A model generated the notes under the pieces. It searched no databases, was not told the DNA's origin, and saw only the letters and a program-made list of their open reading frames with translations. Made by a program: the position numbers and the translations under genes. A DNA stretch of 64,000 nt from NCBI RefSeq assembly GCF_001194135.2, contig NC_068985.1, positions 54,856,228 through 54,920,227 of the forward strand. The letters are read 5' to 3'. Positions 14,020 to 26,285 of this stretch are shown here, in pieces; the stretch's first letter is position 1; each line of letters begins with the position of its first letter. This DNA is from Octopus bimaculoides. Taxonomy: Eukaryota.

Positions 14020-14960
14020 AGTTCAGTCAACAAAGCACAAGTTACACATACAAAACATGATATATTAACAATTCATTTAAAAATATTCAATTTAGTCAAT
14101 ATAAAATGTGTTGACAATATAGTCAATGAAACACTATATGTTGATAGTTTAGTCAACATAAGACAAGTTTACAGTTTAGTCAATATAACATACAATATGT
14201 TGACAGTTTAGTCAATACAGCCCACCATATGTTGACAGTTTAGACAATATAACACAGGTTGACAACAGAGTCAATAACATGCCATATGTTGACAGTATAG
14301 TCAATATAAGATATTTACAATTTAGTCAATATAACATACAATAGGTTTAGACAATATAACACATGTTGACAGCATAGTCAATATAACACACAATGTGTTG
14401 ACAGTATCGTCAATATAACACAACATAAGCTGACAGCATAATCCATACAACTCACAATATGTTGACAGTGTAGTTGAAATGAATATACCATATATTGAGT
14501 ATTTACTTAAACATTTCATATACTAACATTTAGTCAACAATGAAGACGGTATATTGGCAATGAGCAGATATTGACAGTTTAGTTAACATATTTTCAATGA
14601 CGTTTATTAAACAGTAAACATATATTGACAGTTTTGTCAATATTAAAGAATATATTGATAATTTATTTAAACATTTCATAGAGTAACAGTTTAGCTAATG
14701 GACATAATATATTGAAAGCTAAGTCAACAGTTAGTAAGGTATATTGACAGTTTAGTCAACAATGAACACAATATATTGACAGTTTAACTATGAACATGAT
14801 ATATCGACAGTTTAGTTAATGGTGAACATTACACATTAAGTTTAGTCAACAGGAAACTTGGTGTATTGTATACTTTAGTTAACAATGAACACATTGACAG
14901 TTGATGGTTTCATTAACAGTGAACATATTTCGACAGTTTAGTCAACAAAGCATACAATAA
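14020..14960. repeat. Degenerate ~30-bp tandem array with palindromic core TTGAC-AGTTTA-GTCAA
   Basis: Roughly 25 units read directly, e.g. ATATGTTGACAGTTTAGTCAATA at about 14195-14217 and ATATTGACAGTTTAGTCAAC at about 14741-14760. Confidence 0.85.
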
Positions 14961-15289
14961 ATTTATCAATTCACAACCACAGATTTTATATTGGCATAAC
15001 TTATCATTTATTGATTTAACTTATGAAAATACCCTGATTCTTTCAGTGTTGAATCATGAAGATAATGGCAAATATTTCTTACACAAGAATAAAACCAATT
15101 TTCATAGAGAAAAAAAATACAATCCATGGATTTGAACCCAGTATCTTACTGGTACCTACTATATTGGCCCAGATGTAAGGGATATATGGCGTATTTAACA
15201 TCGGCAGCATTTGAACACAGAACAGCAATTTACCAAATTAAATGACAATGTAATTATTGAGAAATTGTACGGTCACAGCCTAAAATAAT

Positions 15290-16490
15290 AATAATAATAA
15301 TAAAAATATTTCTAAAAGAGACACAAGGCCACAAATGTATGCATGTATATGTGTGTGAGTGGTGTTGGTGGTATAATAACATATTGATCCCAGTATCTGA
15401 CAGGTACATTATTTTATTGACCTTTAAAATTTAAAAGGTAAATATGACTTTGCTGGAATTTGAGATCTGAATGTAGAGAGATGGAAGTAAACAACACAAG
15501 ACATTGGTTTCAGTGCTCCACTTGTTCTGCTAATCCACTGTTCTTCAAAGTAAACAATCACAATAACAACAACAAAAATAATAATTGCTTCTAATTTAAG
15601 TCCAAGGCCAGAAATTTTGTGGTGGGGGAATGTTGATTATATTGATCTAGTATGTGGCTAGTACTTTAGCATATTGATCCTGGAAAGAAGATCAAGACTG
15701 ATCTTAGCAGGATTTGAACTCAGAACAGAAAGAGCTGGAATAAATACTGCAAAGTATTTTGTCCTTTTTACTAAAAGCACAAGGCCTGAAATTTGAAGGG
15801 TGGGGACTAGTTGATTACATTGACCCCAAAAGGAAGAAAGGCAAAGTCGACCTCGATGGGATTTGAACTTAGAAGGTAGTGATGGGTGAAATACAGCTAA
15901 GCATTTCATCCAGCATGCTAACAATTCTGCCAGTTCACTGCCTTTATATATAATAACTATAATAATAATAATAAAAATAAAAATATTATAATAGTAGTTT
16001 CAAATTTAGGCACAAGGCCAGCAGTTTCAGGGAAGGGGCTAAGTCGGTTACACTGACCTCAGTGCTCAACAGTTACTTATTATTATCAACCCCTAAAAGA
16101 TGAAAGGCAAAGTTTACCATGGTGGAATTTGAACTCAGAACGTGTAGACAGACAAAATGCTGCTAAGCATTTTGCCCAGCATACTAATGACTCTGCCAGC
16201 TCCCTGCTATTATAATGATAAAAAAATAAATAAAAATATAATAATAATAATAATAACAATAATAATAATGAAGGGCTCTGATTTAGGCACTGGGCTATCA
16301 ATTTTGAGGGGAAGGGTGTTAGTTGATATCATCAGCCACAGTACTTGATTGGTTCTTTATTTTATCAATCTCAGGAGGATAAAAAATAAAGTTGACCTTG
16401 GCAGGATTTGAACTCAGAATGTAAAGAGCTGGAAGAAATGCCACCAAGCATTTTGTTCAATGCTCTAACAGTTCTGCCAATCCATCACTG
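15290..16490 (-). mobile_element. Second head-to-tail array of about 5 family C SINEs
   Basis: Same unit and (AAT)n spacers as 4280-5480; one copy interrupts another near 15770. Confidence 0.75.
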
Positions 16491-18194
16491 CAATGGTCAG
16501 TTCAGAAAGATACTTAATAGCTTTATGACACATTCCCAATGGAGCTAAAGAAAAGAGAGGTTATCTTCTCTGTTACCCTGCTTGTGGTACCACTTCACCT
16601 TTTGTGCATCCATAGATTACACTGAGTACATAAAATGTGCAGCTGTGATCATCATGCCTTCTTTATGGGTACAAGTGACCTTTTCTAAGAAAAAAACAAA
16701 AACAAAAAAACTTTCATCTGAGAATCCAAGCAATATGTTTGCAGTCACTGTTAACCCAACACAGAATTCTATATTAATTTTAACTAGTTTTAATACTGCA
16801 ATAGTCTCCCTTGCCTTTCTTGACTAGAATCACTCATTAAACTAATGGCTTTATTAAGCCATTATCTTAATGAGTAATTTAACTCTAGGTCTAATTTTAA
16901 TTAAAGCTTTTGGCTCATTACATTAAGAGCTGACTTCACTGTTTGCTTTTCATGCAACAGGACTTTCTGGGTAGCCCCCAACTCTTTTCTTCTATTCTGA
17001 TCTCAACAAAACATTTCATTCTTTTGAAGAAGATACTTCTAAGGGATCACAACATATTAAAAACAACTTTTATTTTTGTGGTTTAACCACTTTTGTTACT
17101 ATATTTCTATTGAAATATGCTGTTTTTTTTTTCAATTAATTTTGAAAAGAAAGAAAAATTTCACTAACTAATTTTGTCCATATCAAACTGGATAACAAAT
17201 TAAAATGAGCTTTTGACAGTAGATTTTAATCTAGATTACTTTATCCCTTTTGTTACCATATTCTATTAAAATATAACTGCCTTTCTTTCAATTAATTTTG
17301 AAAGTAATGAAGAATTTATTAAAATAACTTTGTCCTTATTATGCTGGTGTTTTGAATATAAATTAACATGAAATTTTGATGGAAGGTTTGAATTTAGATC
17401 AGTTTAAAATGGGGAGTTTTATATTATCAAACCAGGAACATGCTTTCCAGTGGGTTGGAATTGAAAACGTTAAATGAAGAGGAAAGGAGTGGAAGATTGT
17501 GACCCTGGCCTTTGCAGGAACCCTTACCCACCTACAGTCAGTGCTTACTCGCAAAAAAAAAAAAAAAAAAAAAAAAATGGGGAGGATTCCAGAAAACCAA
17601 TATTCTGTACAAGAAAGAATGGGAGAAAGTGGTAAGAGATGGAGAGGGGAAATGTAATGAGAGGAGGAGGAGTTGCAGTAAAGACAAGTGTGTTTGGTGG
17701 AGTCGGATAGGGATGCAGTAATGCAGTTTAGAGGAACAGAAGTTAAAGTAGTTGTGGTAGAATAGATAGGTGGAGGAGACAACAGATCTGTGGGTCAAAT
17801 ATGGTTCTAGAGTTTATGATATAAAATAAATACAAGTAGAAAAATTATATTCTCCTTATTTACATTATTTTCTCAGTGGTTTAACCCAGATTCATTTATT
17901 TCATTTTATGTTATTTCAATTAGATTTACCTCTGAAACAAACCCATTCCAAACCTAGATTATTATTATTATTATTGTTATTTTCATTATTATTATTATCA
18001 GCTGTTTACTCTGATCTTAAGAGATTTTGTTGGAAAATGTGGCAAATCTGCAACTGGCAATAAAATATATTTGTGTGTGTGTGTGTGTGAAAGAGAAAGA
18101 GAGAGAGAAAGGGGGAGAGTACAGAGATAGAGAGAGCGTATATGAGTGTGTGTAATGCATGTGGTTCTGTATGTGTATAAGTGTTTTTTTATAT

Positions 18195-18247
<53 letters not shown>

Positions 18248-18895
18248 CTGTACCAGTCATATACTGAGGGGGGGGGGATTTAAATGACTACACTTTGACT
18301 ATGTAATACATTATTTTTATTTCTCCTTCACCTTTGACCCTCAAAAGGCAAAAATATTTGATAAGACAAATTATCCTCTCTCTCCTTCCTTACTCACTCA
18401 TTATGCCAGTTAAACCCAAGTTTTATACTTCAAGGCATGTGTATGTGTGTTTCTGGTTTTTACACTAAAAGTCAGTTCATAAGTTTTGTTGTTATCTAAA
18501 AAACTGACAATTTACAATAGTTAAGTTTTGTTGTTGTTGGTGATGACGATGAAGTTATGTTGATTGTTGGCAAGGAAAAAGCCAGAGATTCTTTATGGAT
18601 TGAGACAGGATCTGTCATAGTGGAGCACAAGATGGAGGACCACCATGGTGTGACCACAATAAAACAGTGAGATGATCCTTAGCTATCCCATAACACACAT
18701 ACACACAGATGACAGACCAATATATGTACACATGCACTGACGCAGGGTAAACGTAGTAAAAAAAAAAAGTGAACACTAGTGTACATTTGAAAGTGAACCT
18801 TGAAAAGTTGAACAAATTTGGGATCAGGTTGCAGTGTTTATATTTGTTTTAAATGACTACTGAGCTTTATGGAATACTTCAATTACACACCACTG

Positions 18896-18972
<77 letters not shown>

Positions 18973-19044
18973 ATAATATAAATATATGCATATATATACA
19001 TATACATGCCTACATATATATGTATATATACATGCACATATGGG

Positions 19045-19520
19045 TACAGGATGTCAAAAAAACATGAACAAAATGAGAAACGAGAACATAAATAACAAAA
19101 ACATGGAAACTGAACTTTTTTTCGAACAATGATAGAAACAAATAGAGAAACGAGACAGGCAACATAAAGAACAATCCCTTCATCAGTTGTCCCCTGTTTT
19201 ATCTACTCCGATTTTCGAAGGTAAGGACAAGACACGACTTCTTTAAAACAGTCTTTCCTGCAAAGCAAATTAAATAAAGTTTGGGATTTTTTGCAGAGAG
19301 TTAAAGTGGTAACAAAAACAGGACAGTAAGAACAAACGGTGAGGGCTGTTAAGCCATAACGAGGTGAAGAGGTGAACGCTGGAAAAACGAGTTTTGAGAA
19401 GAGACAGGCAAAAGCACGTCTTGTCTTTAGGAAGGAAGTGGAAGAAAGAGAGAATGGCCATTAGCCATGTGTGATCAACAAGAGAGTCAAGGAGGAAGAG
19501 TGAGAGAGGGGGGGAATGGT
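19045..19520. repeat. Unclassified interspersed repeat, possibly Penelope-derived
   Basis: Composition differs from the flanks; minus strand carries CAACTGATGAAGGG. No second copy in the window; classification is inference. Confidence 0.3.
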
Positions 19521-19677
19521 GAAGGGGAGAGGAGAAGAATTAGAATTATATATACATATACACACACATTTTTATTGATATGTAGCAGAAGCAACAGAGT
19601 GACTCAAGGGTTGAGAGTTTCATGCATTGGCATTTGAGCCACTCTGTTGCTTCTGCTAAATATTAACAGAAATATAA

Positions 19678-19735
<58 letters not shown>

Positions 19736-22700
19736 GCACACAGTCAGTCTCTCACTGTCTCAACTATTCCTTTGCTCATATTTTGCCTTTATAAATGAAT
19801 ATATCTCACACTGGCCCCTTGAGGAATAAAACATTTTCTATACTTTCTATTCCTGGTGTTTTCAACACACATTTAACAACTAATTGGATGGAAATTCATT
19901 GGAGTAGTCTCACTGTTCCTAGAGATAATATTTGTCTGTCTTTATTGAAGAGAGGTCAATGAAAACAGATCAATGAAGCTGTTTGATTTGTGTAAAAATA
20001 GATCTGTAAAGATAGATCAATGAAGCTGTTTGATCTGTGAAGTTGTTTGATCAACAAAGACAAAGCTATTTATCTAAACAGGAAGTCCTTTTCTATTCAG
20101 CTACTATAGGTACAAAACTGACTGTTTAGACACTGATGGTCCAGAACCTCTTATATTCTGCACTAATTTACAAGCAGGAGTTTTAAATTCCCACGGCTGC
20201 CAGACTAATTTATTGGTACTTGATGCAGTACAGTATTAATAAACTTGCAGCAGTTATACTAATGAATAGGTACCTTCATTTTATTATCGAAGTAAATTTA
20301 ATATTTGTTTAACTTAGAGTGAGTTGATGAAGGTGATGACTCCTGGTTAAGAAAAATCAGTAATCCAAAAAAGCTTAGGAGCCAACAGTTCCAGAAAATC
20401 GGTGTTGTACCTGTATTTATGACCTAACAATTACTCACCGTAATATGAACTACAGCTAATGTGACAAGTTCTAACAGACTTTCACAGCTAATTCTATCTC
20501 TGTATGGTACGACAATACTATATTACACTACCAACAGGCTATGATCATATGATTATATTGCCAGTTACTATGGTACTTACTAAAGTACTAGAATATTTAC
20601 ATTACCACAATATTAAATATAGTCACTAGCATGATAGTTACTACTGGACTACTAAATACAGCATATTACTATTAGTGTGACACTAACAGACTACCACTAG
20701 CTTATAATATGTACATGTGTTTATATAAATGCATAGAATTACTATTAATTACAATATTTCTACCATCAGAGATGGCTACTGATAAATACATATATTAACA
20801 GTTTATTGCAATTAGTGTGGCCATTAGTATTTTGACTAATAGTACATCAAACAGAACAGTAGTTACTGTCCAAATGAGCTTGATCTACTCATATAGTCTT
20901 AGATTCAATGGGAGATTAATGGTCAATCATCAATCATTCTCACACTTAACACCAATACACTGACCAACAATAATATAGTTTCTAGAAAATATAGGTCACT
21001 GGACACCTTCTTCACATCAGAACAATCTTATACCGTATCTAACACTGGCAGGTGATTGCTTGTAGCAAAGATGTCCATCAAGGGGATCCTTTTACATTAA
21101 TCCCCTGGACTGAAAGATAACTACATCACAATATCCATCTCTTTCCTATCATACCCACTTTAGCAATGTAGAGAGGGGCATCTAAGGACTGACACACTTC
21201 CTCTCTACATGTATATACATATACAGTTTACTTCAACAACACCCATCTCTATGACATTGATACCAGATTACACCCACCTCTATGATATTGACATCCAGCA
21301 CACTTCTGTAACATTAGCACTAACTCACACCTCCTATGATACCGACATCACTTCATACCCAATTCTATAACAATTAGACCATCCCACACCATCTCCTTCC
21401 AGCTATAACCCTCTACACTTCTTACATAATCCAAAATAGTTCTCTATCCTCTACACATTAACACTACTTAGAGTACCTTGCTGAACCAAGCAGGAACACA
21501 ACACACTACACAATCATATCTAGCTCCTCACAACTTATATTCTCATTCTCAATCATAACCAAGCTGTCTATCAAATCCCACTCTAAGCACTTTGTTCAAG
21601 TAGGGCTATTGCAGAAGACATTTTCCCAAAGAGTTATGCAGTGGGATTGAACCTATAAACACTTTGTTAGTGCAGTATATCTCTCCCTCATCCAACCATT
21701 AAGCATACAGGACAGTCAACAATGAGAACACTGACCCTACACAATTGGTCTACAAAGGTTAGAAACAGGTTTTCAACTTGTCAAATATCTTGACCAGTTA
21801 ATACAAGCATGAATAGAGATTAATTAGTTACATAGCTGTTAATGAAAACATCACATCTCTGTAATATACAATTCATAATATAATTTCTTTTTTTTTTTGG
21901 ATTGATTGATTACCATCTTAACAAACAGATGTATGCTCATACATACAAACCACTTATATACATATACGTGTAATTATCTAAACATTTACACAGGGTCCTT
22001 CAAGTTTCTTTGTAAAAGGAAAAAAAAAATTGCTAAGATTTAAAATAAAAACTAATTAATATGTGTAAATAATTAATGACTGTAAAACAGTCCCTTACCA
22101 ATTTTCCAATACCCTTGATTCCAAACCCATGCTAGATTATTCATTTTGAAGAATTAAAAGAAGTCACGTGACAGTAATTCTGAATAAATGCTGCAACATT
22201 ATTTATTATAAACTTCTTCACTGTTAAACCTTTGCGACATATCTTTGGTTATTCACTAGAAACTTGTAATGAAGTTGGAAGCATTCTTCTAAGTTTTCAA
22301 CTTAAATAATATGAAGGTGCAAATATTTAAAACAAAAATCCAGTGCCAAGCATTAACAGGGCACCGGATGAATCTTCTCTTGTAACTGTGAAGTGCATAC
22401 ATTTACCACTTCCTCTTACATGCTGGGATACTGTTTTCCACAATAAAGGTAAGTTAACTTGTTCTTGAGAAAAAGAGAGAGAAAGGCTCTCTAGGATGTT
22501 AGATTTATTTATAAATATTTGTATCTTTATATAATTTGAGTTAGACATAAAGAGAGTGTTTCCACCTTCATGATATATATCTAGTGAATAAACAAATGCA
22601 TGTTGTGAAAGCTTAGTGGCAAAAAAGTTATTAATAATGATCATAGGAAAATTTTAGTGACCTTACTTAATAATTATGACTGAATTAAAAGAGATACCAG

Positions 22701-24077
22701 ATCATCTGTTGCTGGAAAATCAGTGTTGTAATCTGTATTAATGTTCTCTTCTTATTCATGACAGACAATAAATTCATACTTCAACCTAGCAATGCAAATG
22801 AAATATATTCCAGTAAAAAAAATTATCTTTGAACCACATAAAACTTAATTACTACTACTGCTATTGTCACTGCTCACACACACAGAGCTGAAGTTGTTTA
22901 ATTACAAGTGTTCATCTCTAACACAAGTTAGACATACCCAAGATAGATGCTATGAATGAGACCTCGTGTTTAGCTGTAAAGTAGTCAAGAACCAAGGATT
23001 CTGCAGTGACCAAAGGAGCAAGAAACATTTTAACTGTAAAGTATTTGATTCAACATTTGAGAGAAGTTCTCTACAGCACTAAAGATGGTGTGTGAATCTG
23101 TCTGCCCCCCCCCCCACATACATATGTTATGTTCACATGTATGTACATATATATGAAGTATGTATGTGTATATATATGTGCGCATGTGAATTTCTATAAA
23201 GGAAAGATTGACAGTGACTCTAAAGTTTTGGCTTGCTTGCTTTCATTAGACTGTCTGATGAAGGTAAGCAAGTGGAAACTTTGAAGTTACTGTCAACCTT
23301 TTCCCTGCAAAAGTTAATAGACATGTCTACAACTAAAAAGTGTCAAATAATCCTTCAGTTTAATATAAATTGTTTTTGTTTTTATATATAATTGAATAGA
23401 AGAAAAAAAAGCACTAATACACACAGACACCCATCCTTATACCATTTGACTTCTATTTTTCCATATTTGCATGGATCAGATAGAATTTGTTGAAGTAAAT
23501 TTTCTGTGGCTGGATGCCCAGTACACATGCATGCACACACACACACACACACACACACTTTATACATGTGTGTGTGTGTTTGTTTAGATGTAAAAACACA
23601 TACCTATCCTGCAATCGACTTGTATTACACAACTACTATTTAAGAAGCTCAGATTTAAGCCTGGACATCCTTAAAATTCTACTGGTCATTGGTTGAAATG
23701 TAACAGAAATGGTTGAAATTGGTCAGTTACCAGTTCTGTAAATGATAGTAGGGAGTGGGGTTGGGTAGTATATTTTGATCCAAACTAAAACCTTTGTGTA
23801 TTAACCCAAACACACTGCCACACTAAATTATGAGAGAGTGTGCGTGTGTGTGTTGAGTTACCTGTGCCTGAAGATATGTGCATGCAAGGCGGCATGTACC
23901 TGTATGCGTAGGTGTATGTACCTGTGCATGTTTGCTTTTTTACTTTGTTCTTTAAAGAAAATATCTGAAAGAAAATTCTGTTTTAGTTGAGAAAAAGAAT
24001 TGAAATAGTTTTGAAAATATAATTGAGGTTTAGTAACATTAGGTTGAAATGGCATTGTTTTAAACATTAACTAAAAT

Positions 24078-24116
<39 letters not shown>

Positions 24117-24398
24117 ATATATAGTCAGTAAGGTAGTAGTTGACCTTGTGTGTGTGTGTGCATACGAGAGAGAGAGAGAAAGAGAGAGATGAGAAAATAA
24201 AAAAAAAATGAAGGAGGTCATATAGGTTTATTTATAAGAAGAATGAAAAAATGTACAAAATGAAAATAAAGTTTAAAAATCTTTGAGATAAACCAAAAAG
24301 TAAACAAAAAAAGAAATAAGGCTGTATAAAGAGAGATAGAGAGAGAGAGAGAGAAAGAGTGAGAGAGTGAGAGAGAGATTTTGTGAGAAACATATAAT

Positions 24399-25700
24399 CT
24401 ACAGATTCATACAGCTCAGAAGCTCAGAACAAATTTTTTCGTAATGTGTTGAGTCCCCAGATATCCTACGCACTTGTAGTCCATTCACCCCGCCATTCTC
24501 ATAGACTTCTAGCTCTATTTGAACACCACTGTTCTCTAACTGAAATAGATTCTGAGAACAATGGTAACTGATTTCTGAAGTTTGATTATCTAGTGTACGT
24601 TTGATTTCAGACAGAATCTCTTGAGTATTTTTCTTTGTATTTAAAGATATTGTAGATACAGGACTGTGCTGCTGGTGGTGGTGGTGGTGCTGGTCACCAC
24701 CAGAGAAAAGTTTACCATCACCAACAATGAGAGGTACAGTTTCATAAGATTTATCACTAATTTTGAAGCAATTTTCATTGGAAGGCGACATGTTACTCAT
24801 AAACGTGTGATTCGCAACAGAACTCACATTGTTTAAACAGTTTTGAGTTGAGAATTCTTGATCAAGGCTTGGGAATAAAGGTTCGTTTTTCAATGAATAC
24901 GAACACTTATTGTAGGCTTCGATGGGACTAGTTATTGCGTGGTTTCGCCAGTAGCGTGTTTGATTTAACCTGTAGACAGAGTTTGAAGAGTTGATTTGAT
25001 TTGAACACCAGTTGAACATGTTGGTGTCTTGGTAACATTTCTCCCAGTTTTGTGAATGCAATGAAGACTTGAATGGAATCTGTTCATTGTCCAAATCTTG
25101 TTGTATTTTGGTAAGGTTAGTATTGATGTATTTTGGTGCGACATAAGTGGGTTTACAGCTCACAGCAGACGTCACTGAATAAACAGAAGTGGTGTTGGTG
25201 CTCGTTGAGAATGAAGTATAGTTGGGAGATACTCTACTGCTTTCTTTGGGGATGTCGAGGTCATTGTCTGAAGACATTACATCTGTGTTTCCATAGGTGT
25301 CTGTGATGCTGATTTGGGGTGTCTGAGAAAATTGTCTCTGGTGTAAGTCTTGATGGGATAGTATCTGCGATTCCTGAATTTGCATGTCTTCAGCTGCTGT
25401 CTGAGTGTCTGTTGTGTCTTCAAGTATCCGTTGGAGGTTCTGAACTAAATGAGGGGAGTATGACTGTGTAGGTAATGTTTCTGAACTAGTCAATGACCTC
25501 ATTAACATGTTGTAGTTGGGCTGTGTCCCTGAATTAAATGATATAACACCACTTGTCCCTGTTGGCACACAGTGTTGTTGTAAGTGTAGTCTTTGGAAAC
25601 GGTTGTTTAGGTTTGCTGGTAAATTGTCTGAACCAGTGGTTGGGGAAGGAAGCGGTGGGGAAGGCACTGGAGAATGGGAAAGACTAGGCATCTGTTGTTG
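24399..25700 (-). CDS. SIK3: SIK3 terminal coding exon: S/T/Q/N-rich region, PxIxIT motif, His/Gln run, C-terminal KA1-like domain
   Basis: Acceptor tttcAG at 25701-25702; open for 434 codons to TAG at 24399-24401 (contains the 430-aa ORF 24399..25691). Confidence 0.9.
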   Translation of the reverse strand, partial: QQQMPSLSHSPVPSPPLPSPTTGSDNLPANLNNRFQRLHLQQHCVPTGTSGVISFNSGTQPNYNMLMRSLTSSETLPTQSYSPHLVQNLQRILEDTTDTQTAAEDMQIQESQILSHQDLHQRQFSQTPQISITDTYGNTDVMSSDNDLDIPKESSRVSPNYTSFSTSTNTTSVYSVTSAVSCKPTYVAPKYINTNLTKIQQDLDNEQIPFKSSLHSQNWEKCYQDTNMFNWCSNQINSSNSVYRLNQTRYWRNHAITSPIEAYNKCSYSLKNEPLFPSLDQEFSTQNCLNNVSSVANHTFMSNMSPSNENCFKISDKSYETVPLIVGDGKLFSGGDQHHHHHQQHSPVSTISLNTKKNTQEILSEIKRTLDNQTSEISYHCSQNLFQLENSGVQIELEVYENGGVNGLQVRRISGDSTHYEKICSELLSCMNL

Positions 25701-25948
25701 CTGAAATTAAATAAGAAAACAGATTGATAAGCACAAACATGTATAGGCATATATGTCTATAAGTATTCAAAAAACAACACACACCAGATATCTGTGTGTT
25801 ATTCTGTATTTTAAACAATAAAAAAAAAAATCAGTTTTCTATTAAAAGCACAAAAAAAAAAAAACCCAAAGATTTTATGTGGATGAAATTTTTAGACATC
25901 TATATGATTTTACACTCACATGGATAGAGATACACACACATTTCTCTT

Positions 25949-25989
<41 letters not shown>

Positions 25990-25994
25990 CACAC

Positions 25995-26285
25995 ACAACA
26001 TATCTTTTATCTTTTACTGGTTTCAGTTATTAGACTGAAGTTATGGGGACATACACCAGTACCAGTTGTCAAGCAGTGGTGGGGGATGAACACAGATACA
26101 TGCACGCATGCACACACATACGATGGGCTTCTTTCAGTTTCTGTCTACCAAATCCACTCACAGGGCTTTGGTTGGCCTGAGGCTATAGTAGAAGACACTT
26201 GCCCAAGGGGCCACATAGTGGGACTGAACCCAGAACCATGTGGTTAGGAAGTAAGCTTCTTACCACACAGCCACATGTGCGCCTG
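25995..26285 (-). mobile_element. Family A SINE (internally deleted)
   Basis: Reverse complement of the family A head and tail. Confidence 0.7.

Noticed and set aside
14020-14960. CRISPR array interpretation
   Set aside because: Eukaryotic context, no cas genes, degenerate repeats, and linkers only about 10-15 nt and related to each other.
20394-22743. ~28-nt motif GAAAATC(G/A)GTGTTGTA--CTGTATT(T/A)ATG at 20394-20421 and 22715-22743
   Set aside because: Only two imperfect copies in AT-rich DNA; chance or a repeat relic cannot be excluded.
23255-23279. Hammerhead ribozyme core (CTGATGA...GAAAC)
   Set aside because: The intervening AGGTAAGCAAGTG cannot form stem II, and CTGATGA is sequestered in the 20-bp hairpin. 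The minus-strand CTGATGAAG at 19178-19186 has no GAAA after its stem.
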